From Candidatus Bathyarchaeia archaeon (GTDB lineage Archaea; Thermoproteota; Bathyarchaeia; 40CM-2-53-6), in the NCBI GenBank assembly GCA_049517415.1, contig JBEKSC010000005.1, positions 33,746-97,745 on the forward strand: DNA of 64,000 nucleotides. Direction: 5' to 3'. Of this stretch, positions 38,414 through 48,862 are shown one piece after another (the stretch's first letter is position 1; each line of letters starts with the position of its first letter). The notes under the pieces are model-generated. The model did not search any database. It was not told the DNA's origin and saw nothing but the letters and a program-made list of their open reading frames with translations. Made by a program: the position numbers and the translations under genes.

Positions 38414-39979
38414 TCACTCCACTCCTCCCCCCTTCTTCAGGAGCTCAATGAACTTCAAACGTCTAGTCGAAACCACGTAAATCCCATAAATTCCTACTAG
38501 CGCGACAGCAACAAAGAGTACCGCGAAGAGTATGAAGACTGGTCCGATGGGGACGGAGGTCGCCAACTCTTCAGGATAGAGCAACCCGTAGACGGTCCAA
38601 GGCTTTCGACCATCCTCACGAACGAACCAGCCAATACCGCTAGCGAAGACCGATGCCACGACGACGAGCAACGAAAGCAGAAAAACGCCCTTCTGCTCAC
38701 CCAGACGGCTGAGCACACGCCGTGTAAGCTTGGACAATGGGCCAAGGTTAAAGTTCAATGCAACCAGCCCCACCAGCGCAACCAAGTCCACTATTCCAAA
38801 AGCAATCTTCAGGTAGTAGATCGCGTTGATCAGAGGCAAACGTGACTCAGACCTAGATAGGTCGGATAGGCAGACGGATTTCACGCTCACCGACGAGAGG
38901 GAGCCCAATGTTACGTTCGGGGCTAGGGAGGTTAGATTTCCGAGTGTTGCATTACCAAGTGAGTTACATTGATTTCTGAGTGCATCGAAGCCCACTATGG
39001 GGTGCTGAGGATTCCCATATGCCAAGAAGGCCACCAAAGGATTTTGCGTTGTGTTGGACGCGCCCTCCATCAAGGCGAACTTCGTAGGCTGCTGAATTGC
39101 AACCTCCTTACCCATGAAATCGCCAAACACTGTGGGCTGGAGAATCAATAAGATGAGAAGAATCGGAAGGAACGCTTTCATAATTCTCACGTACTTGGCA
39201 TTGCCCGTCTTCAGAAATCTATACGCATATGCAACTAAGGCAAACGCCATCCCAACAATTATTCCCGCGGTCACATTATGAAGCGCGCTGGCCCATGCGT
39301 ATGGTGACGCGAATGCTACGAAGGGGTCAGTAACCGCTACCCCAATTACCTTCGCTAGGTCAGGGTTCTGCAAGACCTGAGACGCAGTTCCCGTAGCAAG
39401 ATAATTCTTGACCAGCTCAAGCTTCAGGCTGACGAGGGCGGTGGGATTAGCCGCGTTCGGGCCGTACTGTGGCAGAAACGGGTACAGGTTCGACGGCAAG
39501 CTACTCGTTCCCCATGGAACGTTAAGCCAACTATTCACAGTAGTAATTAGAACGCCCGAAAGTGCAGCCATCACAGCATAGGACAATATGATCCCTAAGC
39601 ATACAGGCGGCCGAACCTTACCGAGCGTAACGATAAACAGCACTAGCAGCACGATTTCGCCTATGAATGCTACGAGCTCCAATGTTAGAGGCATCAGGCC
39701 GAAGGTTGCGATTACGAAGATTGAGCCAGGCCAAGCCTGAACAAGCCCAAATTCAACTAGGGTTCCCGTTATGGCACCAAGCGCGAAGTTGAGGCCGAGG
39801 ACAGCAGTAACGTTTCGTGCAGCAACATAATATTCCCGGTCTTCGGTTCTCCACCACTGGAACAGTAGTCCTCCGATAACCCATGGAAACCCTAGGGAAA
39901 TGGTTAGAAAGAAGGCGTGAATGAAAATTCCTAAAGCGCTGATCGGAAGCAACATTGAGGTTGCAACCACGACCGTCAA
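38414..39979 (-). CDS. cydA: Cytochrome bd oxidase subunit I
   Basis: TM1 His, FALGAITGT.VEFG, ALHN, QPTKFALMEG Q-loop, GWFVREDGRKPW. Confidence 0.92.
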   Translation of the reverse strand: MTVVVATSMLLPISALGIFIHAFFLTISLGFPWVIGGLLFQWWRTEDREYYVAARNVTAVLGLNFALGAITGTLVEFGLVQAWPGSIFVIATFGLMPLTLELVAFIGEIVLLVLFIVTLGKVRPPVCLGIILSYAVMAALSGVLITTVNSWLNVPWGTSSLPSNLYPFLPQYGPNAANPTALVSLKLELVKNYLATGTASQVLQNPDLAKVIGVAVTDPFVAFASPYAWASALHNVTAGIIVGMAFALVAYAYRFLKTGNAKYVRIMKAFLPILLILLILQPTVFGDFMGKEVAIQQPTKFALMEGASNTTQNPLVAFLAYGNPQHPIVGFDALRNQCNSLGNATLGNLTSLAPNVTLGSLSSVSVKSVCLSDLSRSESRLPLINAIYYLKIAFGIVDLVALVGLVALNFNLGPLSKLTRRVLSRLGEQKGVFLLSLLVVVASVFASGIGWFVREDGRKPWTVYGLLYPEELATSVPIGPVFILFAVLFVAVALVGIYGIYVVSTRRLKFIELLKKGGGVE

Positions 39980-40231
39980 GCCTCGATTACAGAAATGCGG
40001 ACCAAGAAACCGGTCCGCTGAATTTTAAGGAACGGTATTTAGAGTAATGCCGTATGTCGCCAAAAACAAGTCGCGTCGTAAAGGATTGAGCTGTATTCCG
40101 CTTAATAATGCGAACTCGCGCATATTTTCAGCTGTGAAAAAACGTCGAGATGGCTTATCACGATGTTCGATTGAGCAAGCACGAGAGCTGCCTATGAATG
40201 AAATGAGCGAGTGCAAAGGTTGAGTTACTAA

Positions 40232-41425
40232 ATGGTGTCGCGAGAAATTTCTGGGCTTGATAGGTTGCGCACGTTCGCCCACTCATTCGGACCCGCTTGG
40301 ATTGTTATGATAGCGGATGTTGAAGCTGCAAGTATATTGACGGCAGCTGCGGATGGAGCGATCTACGGTTACTCACTCGTATGGTTCCTAATGCTATTGA
40401 CTGTACCACTGTTCCTTATCCAAGAGGCTGCTGGAAGAATTGGTGTTGCGACAGGTAAGGGCCTGGGTGAGATAATTAGAGAGAATTATTCGAGGAGAAC
40501 CGCGTTGCTCACGAGTGTTCCGATGGCGTGTACGGACATTCTGAGTTACGTTGCTGAGTTTACGGGGATAGCGATAGGCTTTCAACTGCTGGGTCTAGCC
40601 CCGATTCTCATCCTGCCCGTGATTTACGTTGCTTACCTACTTTTTGTGTGGAAAAGAGGTTACGTGACGGTTGAAAGAGTCTTGTTAGCGATTTCTGCCG
40701 TTCTGATCGTTTCGTACGCTGGGTCGCTATTTCTCAGAGGATTGCCTCCGGTGCGTGAATACATGTACTTCTTCTGGAGTTGGAAACCTGATTTCCTTTA
40801 CCTGATGGCGGCGACCGCGGGGGCGGTGGTCATGCCTTTCATGCTTTTCTACCAAGCGTCCGCAACCGCGGAGAAGCAGGTTAAGAGCCTATGGAGTATG
40901 CGTCTAGAGACGTTGACCGGCGCCGTAGCGAGCGAGGTCGGTATGGTGGTGATACTGTTAGCCACGATTGGATTGAACGGGACTCTTCTTGGAACTATTT
41001 CTCCTGAGAAACTTTCGCGGGCTCTATCGTTCCTTGCCGGACCGTACGCGCCATATATTTTTGCTATGGGCCTGATAGCGGCGTCGTTCCTTGCCCTTGT
41101 TGTGATTTCTCTTGGTAGCGCGTGGGGGGTGGCCGAGGCAATAGGTTGGGGTCGGCGTAGGTTTTTTTGGATTTACCTGATTGAATCTCTTCCAGCTCTT
41201 CTTGTTCCTATGTTCTTCCCGGACTTGTTCAATCTAGCCATTGACATGATGGTTTTGTTCGTGTTTGTTCTGCTTGTACCAGGCGTGATGGTTGGGTTGA
41301 TAGCTAGGAAGAAGCAGGTCATGGGAAAGTTGACGTCCACTTTCGGTTGGAGTGTTGCATATTGGTTGAGCTTGACACTTATAGTCGCCTCTGGCTTCAT
41401 CGCACTGGTGGCCGCCTTTATTTGA
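40232..41425 (+). CDS. NRAMP-family divalent metal transporter
   Basis: GPAWIVMIAD, QE..GRIGVATGKGL, GAVVMPFMLFYQ. Confidence 0.88.
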   Translation: MVSREISGLDRLRTFAHSFGPAWIVMIADVEAASILTAAADGAIYGYSLVWFLMLLTVPLFLIQEAAGRIGVATGKGLGEIIRENYSRRTALLTSVPMACTDILSYVAEFTGIAIGFQLLGLAPILILPVIYVAYLLFVWKRGYVTVERVLLAISAVLIVSYAGSLFLRGLPPVREYMYFFWSWKPDFLYLMAATAGAVVMPFMLFYQASATAEKQVKSLWSMRLETLTGAVASEVGMVVILLATIGLNGTLLGTISPEKLSRALSFLAGPYAPYIFAMGLIAASFLALVVISLGSAWGVAEAIGWGRRRFFWIYLIESLPALLVPMFFPDLFNLAIDMMVLFVFVLLVPGVMVGLIARKKQVMGKLTSTFGWSVAYWLSLTLIVASGFIALVAAFI

Positions 41426-41529
41426 GAAGAATTAGAAGCGGAAGAGGAAGGATGCCATGATTTCCACATCGTAAGAATCAAAGTGCCCGTTCGGTGCAAC
41501 TGTAGGAATGCTTTGATCGGATTTAGGCT

Positions 41530-42216
41530 TCATCTTCCACTGAAGTAGCGCCGAAGCCAAAGTGGAATTATTGTGGCGTCTGAGGCAATGCACATCGCGA
41601 CCATCGCCGCACCCGCCTCAGCTTGTTCATAGTAAGGAAAATAACTGTAAAGGACCGCCGGTGAGATAAGCAGATATGCACCGAAGATAGCCATACCCTT
41701 ACAACCCAAAAGGTACGATAGAAGTCGCATGTTCGACGACAGTCGCCTAAATCCCACGAAAATGAGACCCCCCGCAAACAGCAGGGACACATGCATCAAG
41801 ACATGCAACGCAAACTGAAGAAGAACAGCATTCAAAATTGCAGGAACATACCAAAGGGCGATTATCAAGAGAGCAACGCTCAAACTGACCAACCCCTTCC
41901 GGTTGAACGACCGATTCACGCGACCCAGCCCAGAGTATACGCGGGCTAGGAAATCCGATAACAACCCGCCCACTAAGAGAAACGCGTTGAATGAACTTGC
42001 AAGCCAGTACCCCGCGATCAGAAGCAGTATGTCGGAGACCATGATCAAAGCAAACGGGGCAACGTTAAGACTCGTTGATAGGGCCGCGAAGAGGTAATCG
42101 ATTGGTTCAAGTGGCGTGAGCATGGAGATTATCAGGACTGAACTTAACACTAGAAGTAGCATGCCCCTCCTCATTGTGCGCCTAACCATCACAATGTTCG
42201 AGTTATCCACTTCCAA
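41530..42216 (-). CDS. DUF1404/CtaG-like membrane protein
   Basis: WYVP....A......HVLMH motif, EQAEAG, multi-TM. Confidence 0.7.
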   Translation of the reverse strand: MEVDNSNIVMVRRTMRRGMLLLVLSSVLIISMLTPLEPIDYLFAALSTSLNVAPFALIMVSDILLLIAGYWLASSFNAFLLVGGLLSDFLARVYSGLGRVNRSFNRKGLVSLSVALLIIALWYVPAILNAVLLQFALHVLMHVSLLFAGGLIFVGFRRLSSNMRLLSYLLGCKGMAIFGAYLLISPAVLYSYFPYYEQAEAGAAMVAMCIASDATIIPLWLRRYFSGR

Positions 42217-42309
42217 TGGCCGACTACCCCTGCCGATTACTGCATAACAATCCCCTGAAAAACATAGTTGAGCCTGTGAACGGCGGAAGTTTCGTGGCTG
42301 CGAGTTGGC

Positions 42310-42786
42310 CTACGTGTTGGGCTGAACGACTAATCGCGCGACCATGAAAACGTGAACTGTGCAGAAAATGTTGCAGTACATAACGAACGTTCCCGGCACG
42401 GTGGCTGTGAAGACGATCCTGTAGGCTTCGCCTGGCATCATGGCTATGCCGGTAGGAAAGTAGGTGCTTATCGCGAAACCGTGCGGTTGCATCGTGTCCT
42501 TATTGCAGACGAGGATGCGAACCACATCACCCTGGTGCACTCGAATGACCGGCCAGGGATTCGTCGGAGCTCCATGGCTTATGCTATCGTTGAACCCTGA
42601 AAGGTCAGCTATGATCAGAAAGAAGCCGGGCGGTCGATCACAAGTCGACCTAGTAACAACGGCGGGAATGACGACGTTGGACGAATGGGGCGGGGGAACG
42701 ACAACGATCCCCGTAACGAAAGCAGCGACAGCGACGATTAACCCCACCAACAGAACGACTGCAGATAATTTCCTACGAGAGACCAT
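42310..42786 (-). CDS. Membrane-anchored cupredoxin (CuA-like)
   Basis: N-terminal TM, PVIRVHQGD.V, HGF, CNIFCTVHVFM. Confidence 0.8.
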   Translation of the reverse strand: MVSRRKLSAVVLLVGLIVAVAAFVTGIVVVPPPHSSNVVIPAVVTRSTCDRPPGFFLIIADLSGFNDSISHGAPTNPWPVIRVHQGDVVRILVCNKDTMQPHGFAISTYFPTGIAMMPGEAYRIVFTATVPGTFVMYCNIFCTVHVFMVARLVVQPNT

Positions 42787-43062
42787 TCAGGCCACTTGCC
42801 CCCACGGTTTTTGAAGCACTTATGGGTGAAACATAACCGCGCCATAAAGGCAGAGGAATCCGGTCAAAACGGTTAACACCATGTTGACGTACCGTGAATA
42901 GATCAGGCCGCCTAGTCGCACTTAGCTCCCTTAAAGCAAGATAGGCATGCAAACTGCGGAAGACTGACGCCAGGCCATTCAAGATGATTCTCACAACAAC
43001 AAACAAAGAAAAAACATTGGGAAAAGAAGAGGTTTAGCTGGACGAACGTGTTGGTTCGACTT

Positions 43063-43614
43063 CTACTTTAGGAATTTTGATACGAATGGTGACGTTTCGC
43101 CTTGCCTCATGAAGTGTCCTGATGGTCCTTCTCCAAGGAATTCGCTGAACCATGATTCATGTTCCACTTCCTCGTTCAGAATTGCCAAGGACAGGTCGTA
43201 TGTGCGATGGTCTTTGCCTGCGGTGATGTTGCAGACGTGCGAGTATCCCGCTACGGCGCATCTTTCCGCATTTACCAGCACCGTCAACATTGCTTTGATG
43301 TCGGTTGGGTCTTTGGGCAGTCTAGCTGGGGGACATGCAGACATGTCATGGAACACTTTCATATCATCCGGGAGCTTGCCTCCAAGCTCGTATATGCGTG
43401 GGGTCAATGCTTCGAAGTGATTTCGATCTTCGATTCGAGCTACTTCAGCGAGTTGCTTGATTCCTTCTCCTTCCAAGCCGATTAGATTACAACGTAGGAT
43501 TGTATAGTAGTAGAATGTTGTCAGTTCAGCGGCCGCGTTTCTGACCAGTAGATCGACAAGTTGGTCGACGTTTACGCCAGCCTTCACCACCATCTCGCGT
43601 GCTACTCTAGCCAA
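43063..43614 (-). CDS. DPS-like (DPSL) ferritin-superfamily protein
   Basis: AAAELTTFYYY, EDRNHFE, SACPP, AERCA, EEVEHE, GHF; AGGAGGTGA SD. Confidence 0.92.
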   Translation of the reverse strand: MARVAREMVVKAGVNVDQLVDLLVRNAAAELTTFYYYTILRCNLIGLEGEGIKQLAEVARIEDRNHFEALTPRIYELGGKLPDDMKVFHDMSACPPARLPKDPTDIKAMLTVLVNAERCAVAGYSHVCNITAGKDHRTYDLSLAILNEEVEHESWFSEFLGEGPSGHFMRQGETSPFVSKFLK

Positions 43615-43683
43615 TATTTCACCTCCTTCACGATGCTTTGTTTGATGTCTTCGGTCAGAAGGAATCTTGATGCAGAGATGGCT

Positions 43684-43851
43684 TCAGCGTTCCTTTTCTA
43701 GATAGTAGAGGACGAATCTATCTGAAGATGGCGCGGGATTTACGAGTCCCGTCGGTTCGATTATTTGTTCCAGTCCTATTGGGATAGCATTGTTGGGGAG
43801 CTCTATCTCCTTATCCTTCCGAACTTCGACAACCCTCAATTTGCTCTTCAT
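43684..43851 (-). CDS. Small protein, 55 aa, upstream of DPSL (missed by ORF track)
   Basis: MKSKLRVVEVRKDKEIELPNNAIPIGLEQIIEPTGLVNPAPSSDRFVLYYLEKER. Confidence 0.55.
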   Translation of the reverse strand: MKSKLRVVEVRKDKEIELPNNAIPIGLEQIIEPTGLVNPAPSSDRFVLYYLEKER

Positions 43852-44322
43852 AATTGCTCAGGTGTTATTTGTTAAACGGCGGATGGATTACTTTCGGCCG
43901 ATTGCTACATCTGATAATCATGTCTTTGGCTGCTCCTACATACGCAACCGGCCAGTTTCGTGTGCGTAAATGGATGAAGAGGCTCAAGTTCTAGCGTGTG
44001 CGTATTCCGTAAAATGAATTCTCCCTATAGGCAAGCCAAAATCTCAAAAGCAGCGCTTCCTCGTATTCTCTTGGCCAAATTCAGTACATATTCTTCTGTA
44101 AACTCCACCCGATGTCTTATGGAGTTTCGAACGCCACCTTCCTGTCAAGCGTGCACCGTGGCACAATTCGGCCCTAGGCCTTTCATTATGAAGAAGCTCA
44201 TTAACAGTAACGTTGCGTGATTGTTGTCAATTCTAGTCGCCAAGGATCTTTGGGCGTACACTCTTCCCTGCGTCTAAACACTTTATCAGAACTTTCAAGA
44301 ATCTCCCTAAAAGATTGGTCTC

Positions 44323-47259
44323 GTGAAAATGCGCTTTAGATCAGTAGCAAAAATAGCTAGCTCTATGCTAGTTTTCCTAATGTTGATTGGACCGAACCTG
44401 TACTCGAGCGGGTATGCGTACCCGGTTCATTCGATAACAGCATCTACGCCTCTAGCTACGCCCTCACTGCCGCTTCCAGCTATCGGCTACGCACCACCTC
44501 AATTCGGATCCGCATGGCCTCATCCCGTCTCAGGAGTCATACGGGTCCTCATAATCGCGGCCACATTCCCAGACGTCAGCCCCACGTTAACTATTGCCCA
44601 AGTAAAACAGAATTGGTTTGGAGCGGTCGCCTCATATTACCACGAATTATCGTATGGTGCATTGACAGTTCAGGGCGACATTTACGGGTGGTACAAGCTT
44701 CCGTATACCGAATTGCATTACGGAATGTCCTGCAACGGGATCAACTCCTCCGACTGTAGTGGGGAGGACCAGTCATTTCACGTTGCCCAAGACGCCGCAA
44801 CATTAGCGCAGAAGGACGTTGACTTCAGCAAGTATGATTACTTCATCTTCATCCATTCCGGATATGGCCAAGAATCAAGTGGAGTGAAGAACGACATTTG
44901 GTCGGTTACGTACATGAGCGGCGTTTATTTTGAAACAAAAACGGAAAGCATCCAATTGTTTAGCATCGTTCCAGAACTGGAAGCCGGCGGATTCTCCCCA
45001 GGTGGGGTCTACTGCCTCGAATTCGGGCACGACCTGGGTCTACCGGACTTGTATAACACCAACACGGGGCAGTCGATTCTAGGCCCGTGGGAGTTGATGG
45101 ATAAGGGGGCGTGGAACGGCAACCCCCCCGGGACAAGCCCCGCCCACATGACAGCTTGGGGGAAAATCCAACTCGGGTACATTAGCGGTCTCACACTAGC
45201 CACCGCCCAAGATCATACAACCTCCACGTATACAGTCGACCCGACAGAAATCGCGTCAACTAACATTCACGCGATCAAGATACCGCTCGTCCTCCCAAGC
45301 CAATACTACTTGGTCGAAGTGAGGGCACAGGTCGGCTTCGACACAGCCCTGCCCGCCGCCGGGGTCCTAATCACAATTGTGGACAACAATGTTGTTGTCG
45401 GCAAAGTGCATGTGATAGATGGCCATCCCAGCGTTCCCGATTTGAACGATGCTGTTTGGACGGTGGGGCAAACGTTCACGGACACCCCGAATAACGTGGC
45501 TGTCACGGTGACAAGCAAGAACGGGAACTCGTATCAAGTCACTGTGAATAGAGGTGGTGGTCCGCCTCCTCCGCCCCATAACCAAAACCAGACCACCGCG
45601 TTCATTCAACTCGCCATAACCGGTATCAATGCACAACCCCCAGTCATAATCAACCCGAACATGACAGTTACGATTAGCATCCAAATCTCGAACCTCGGCA
45701 CAATGATGGCAACTAACATCCCAGTCCTAGTCACGCTCGACGGAAAGAACTTCACGAATCTACAAGTCTCGAGCGTGGCTGCAGGTTCGTCAACGGAGAC
45801 CAGTTTCACTTGGATTTCTACGGTTGGAAGTCACGTCTTCCAAGTAACCCTGGATCCTGGTCACACGATAAATGAACCGAGCAGGGCGAATAATGTCGCG
45901 TCGTTTACCGTGAACGTTGGGCCAACTCTCTCCATCAACATCCCAGCGAACATCGCATCCTCGGGCAACATCTGGGTGTTGATCAACGGAGTCAGGTACA
46001 ATTTCACTTCGACCCAGTTGATAGCGAGCGTTCCAACCGGACTAGTCACGGTCCAAATCCAATCCCTGATCAATGCGTCGCTGGGCGTGCGCCAAATATT
46101 TACGGGTTGGTCGGATGGAAGCTCGTCCAACCCCCTGCAGCTCACAGTAATCTCAAACATGACAATCCAAGCAGTGTACGCGACCCAGTATCTTCTCTCA
46201 ATAAACCAGAACGGAGGCTCAACAACACCCGGCGGCTGGTATGTCGCGAACAGCGTCGCAACGATCTCCGCCAGCACCACTTCGGGCATGGTTCCGAACT
46301 GGTCCAGACTGCTTTTCACGAGTTGGTCCGGCGACTACAACTCACCCTCACCCTCCCTCTCCATCATCATGACCAAACCGGTCACTCTCCAGGCTAATTG
46401 GATACGTCAGTACTACGTAACAGTCGTGTCCCCGACCGGGATGCCATCTGGAGCAGGTTGGTACAATGCGGGAACCAATGCCAATGTAGCTGTACAACCG
46501 ATCGTTCAATTCTCAAACGGTACCAGAGCCTTGTTCACTGGCTGGAATCTGACCTCTTTAGCTCGAGCTCCTAACTTCCAGTTTCCAGTAAATTCACCCA
46601 CAAGACTGCAGGCTCTGTGGAAGCTTCAATACCTGATCCAAGCTGTGTCGTCCTATGGCACGCCTCAGGGATCAGGTTGGTATGATGCTGGATCTTCGGC
46701 GCGACTTTCAATTCAACCTGAAGTTGATTACAATAACGAAACGCGCCGAATATTCGCAGGGTGGGCAGGCGACGTCTCCGGTACTAGCATCAATTTCACA
46801 TTGACTGCTAACAAACCGATAAACGTTGTAGCACAGTGGATAACGCAATATCAAATCACATTCAATGTTGCCGGCCTTCCGAGCTCCATAGATGTCACAC
46901 TGAACGTCAATAATCAAGATTATCAGATCGCCACGAATCAACCCTATTCAGCCTGGTACAATCAAGGTCAGACATTGGATCCAACCACTACCCAAACCAT
47001 ATTGACGTTCTTCCAATTCGCAAGTTGGCGCAACTCAGCCGGTTCGAACGTAATGATGCCCATCACAGTGACGGGTCCGTCGGAATATACGGCAATCTAT
47101 GTGTTTGCCTTTCCGGTGCTATTAGCGAATCCCAGCCAGCACATCGTATTGCTTACCCAAGGCTCTTTGACTTCTGAGGGATCGGGTGAGAATTTCCGTT
47201 TCATAATTATCGAGCTCCACTATGTCTCGAAGTTGCCAGTTCTTATTTCTGCCACGTAG
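44323..47259 (+). CDS. Secreted M6 (InhA-like) metalloprotease with CARDB and repeated beta domains; Zn motif reads LEFGH
   Basis: Signal peptide, HSGYGQE, DIWS, EFGHDLGLPDLY, WELMDKG.W, YYLVE.R, NN-ending CARDB, GWY..G repeats. Confidence 0.88.
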   Translation: MKMRFRSVAKIASSMLVFLMLIGPNLYSSGYAYPVHSITASTPLATPSLPLPAIGYAPPQFGSAWPHPVSGVIRVLIIAATFPDVSPTLTIAQVKQNWFGAVASYYHELSYGALTVQGDIYGWYKLPYTELHYGMSCNGINSSDCSGEDQSFHVAQDAATLAQKDVDFSKYDYFIFIHSGYGQESSGVKNDIWSVTYMSGVYFETKTESIQLFSIVPELEAGGFSPGGVYCLEFGHDLGLPDLYNTNTGQSILGPWELMDKGAWNGNPPGTSPAHMTAWGKIQLGYISGLTLATAQDHTTSTYTVDPTEIASTNIHAIKIPLVLPSQYYLVEVRAQVGFDTALPAAGVLITIVDNNVVVGKVHVIDGHPSVPDLNDAVWTVGQTFTDTPNNVAVTVTSKNGNSYQVTVNRGGGPPPPPHNQNQTTAFIQLAITGINAQPPVIINPNMTVTISIQISNLGTMMATNIPVLVTLDGKNFTNLQVSSVAAGSSTETSFTWISTVGSHVFQVTLDPGHTINEPSRANNVASFTVNVGPTLSINIPANIASSGNIWVLINGVRYNFTSTQLIASVPTGLVTVQIQSLINASLGVRQIFTGWSDGSSSNPLQLTVISNMTIQAVYATQYLLSINQNGGSTTPGGWYVANSVATISASTTSGMVPNWSRLLFTSWSGDYNSPSPSLSIIMTKPVTLQANWIRQYYVTVVSPTGMPSGAGWYNAGTNANVAVQPIVQFSNGTRALFTGWNLTSLARAPNFQFPVNSPTRLQALWKLQYLIQAVSSYGTPQGSGWYDAGSSARLSIQPEVDYNNETRRIFAGWAGDVSGTSINFTLTANKPINVVAQWITQYQITFNVAGLPSSIDVTLNVNNQDYQIATNQPYSAWYNQGQTLDPTTTQTILTFFQFASWRNSAGSNVMMPITVTGPSEYTAIYVFAFPVLLANPSQHIVLLTQGSLTSEGSGENFRFIIIELHYVSKLPVLISAT

Positions 47260-47458
47260 CTTTCTGCCAAATTCAGCGAAGATTCTTTGTGGCTTAGCGT
47301 TCTCTTGCGACAACTTATGCGTCTCAACCCTGTCTACTGCTCTCGTTTGGAGTTCGTCTAGGAAGCTTTCTTTTCGGGCGATTAATCGGCCGTTCTCTAT
47401 GACAGTTGTTATTGTGCTCAGACTCGCGGGGCTAGTGGGATTTGAGCCCGCCAATTCT

Positions 47459-48775
47459 CTACGGCAAGAGGCGTTCTGGTGTTCGCGGGAAGAGGGTCGT
47501 TTCTTTCACGTTTTCCTTCTTGAGTAAGGCCATCGTGAACCTCTCAATGCCCAGGCAGAAGCCGCCGTGGGGTGGGACACCGAACTTGAAGGGGTCGGTG
47601 AACCACTTCATCGCTTCAGGGTTAACATTCTTCTCCCGTAACTGGGCCATGATCTTCTCGTGTCGGTGTTCCCGTTGGCCACCCGATGACTGCTCGATGT
47701 CCCTGTACAGGAGGTCGACGCCACGGGACCATTCAGGTTCCTCGTCGACGCGCATAACGTAGAAAGGTTTGACTTTGAACGGGTACCTATCAATGAAAAA
47801 CATGTCGGACTTATGTTTCTCCTGAACGTGATTGCTCAGCAGGGTTTCGCTTTCTTTGTCTAGGTCGCTTCCGTATGGTAACTTCTTGCCATACTCAGCA
47901 AGTATCCCATAGACCTCGGGAAATCTCATTACAGGGAGCGGCGTCTTGGGAATCTCCACTTGAATTTGCAAGAGTTCGAGTTGTTTCGTGCAATTCTCTT
48001 CAACCTTCTTCATTGCGGCCACAATCATTTCTTCTTCAACTCTCATCATATCGGCCTCGTCGTTCATGAAACCAAATTCAACCGCCATCCCTCTATGTTC
48101 GCAAAGATGGCGAGGGGTGTGGGAGAGTTCAGCCCGCCAATTTGGTCCCAAGTCGTAGATTTTGTCGAACCCCGCTGCTATGCACAACTGCCTGTGGAGT
48201 TGTGGGTCCTGTCGCAGAAAGGCTTCTTTGCCGAAGTAGTCTAGTTTGAATACTTCCGCGCCGCCCTCGGACGTTCCACCAAGCAGGCAGGGTGTGAATA
48301 CTTGCAGGTACCCTCCCTGTTGGAGGTATTCTACCATTCCCTCAACGAGTTTTGATTGGATCTGGAAGATTGCGAGGTTTTCCCGCCTCCGTAAGTCGAC
48401 CACGCGCCAATCAAGGCGCGCGTCCAAGTTAGACTCAATCTTACCCGAAATGTCCAGTGGGGGTGCTGCTTCTGCTTTGACGACGAGTTCAATCCTCGTT
48501 GGTGTAATCTCGGAGCCGACTTTAGCGATCCTTTCTTTGACGGGAGTACCTTCAACCATGATGACATCTTCCTTACCCAGGCTTCCTGATACCTTCATTA
48601 TCTCAGGCGTTGCGGTTGCTTTGATTATCGTGACCTGCGCGACACCTTGCCTATCCCTCAGCCAAATGAATCTCGCCCGAGCGAGGTCCTTAATGTCATG
48701 GACCCACCCAGCTAGGACGATTGATTGGCCTTTCGCGTTTTCTATTTCGTCCGTGTAATGCGTTCGTCTCAACAA
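47459..48775 (-). CDS. aspS: Aspartyl-tRNA synthetase (archaeal type)
   Basis: RTHY, GWVH, RLDWR.VDLR, EGGAEVF, RAE.SHT.RHL, GVPPHGG..LGIER. Confidence 0.93.
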   Translation of the reverse strand: MLRRTHYTDEIENAKGQSIVLAGWVHDIKDLARARFIWLRDRQGVAQVTIIKATATPEIMKVSGSLGKEDVIMVEGTPVKERIAKVGSEITPTRIELVVKAEAAPPLDISGKIESNLDARLDWRVVDLRRRENLAIFQIQSKLVEGMVEYLQQGGYLQVFTPCLLGGTSEGGAEVFKLDYFGKEAFLRQDPQLHRQLCIAAGFDKIYDLGPNWRAELSHTPRHLCEHRGMAVEFGFMNDEADMMRVEEEMIVAAMKKVEENCTKQLELLQIQVEIPKTPLPVMRFPEVYGILAEYGKKLPYGSDLDKESETLLSNHVQEKHKSDMFFIDRYPFKVKPFYVMRVDEEPEWSRGVDLLYRDIEQSSGGQREHRHEKIMAQLREKNVNPEAMKWFTDPFKFGVPPHGGFCLGIERFTMALLKKENVKETTLFPRTPERLLP

Positions 48776-48862
48776 CTGAAACTACCATCCCGAGCTTTGT
48801 TTCAGTTGCAGCGTTATTAATTCGATATTCAAGAAAACGTTAGGTGGAGAGAAGGGTGTTAC

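Noticed and set aside
47122..47454. 110-aa ORF starting MAGSNPTSPA
   Set aside because: Start is the translation of a tRNA-like T-arm; overlaps the protease gene antisense
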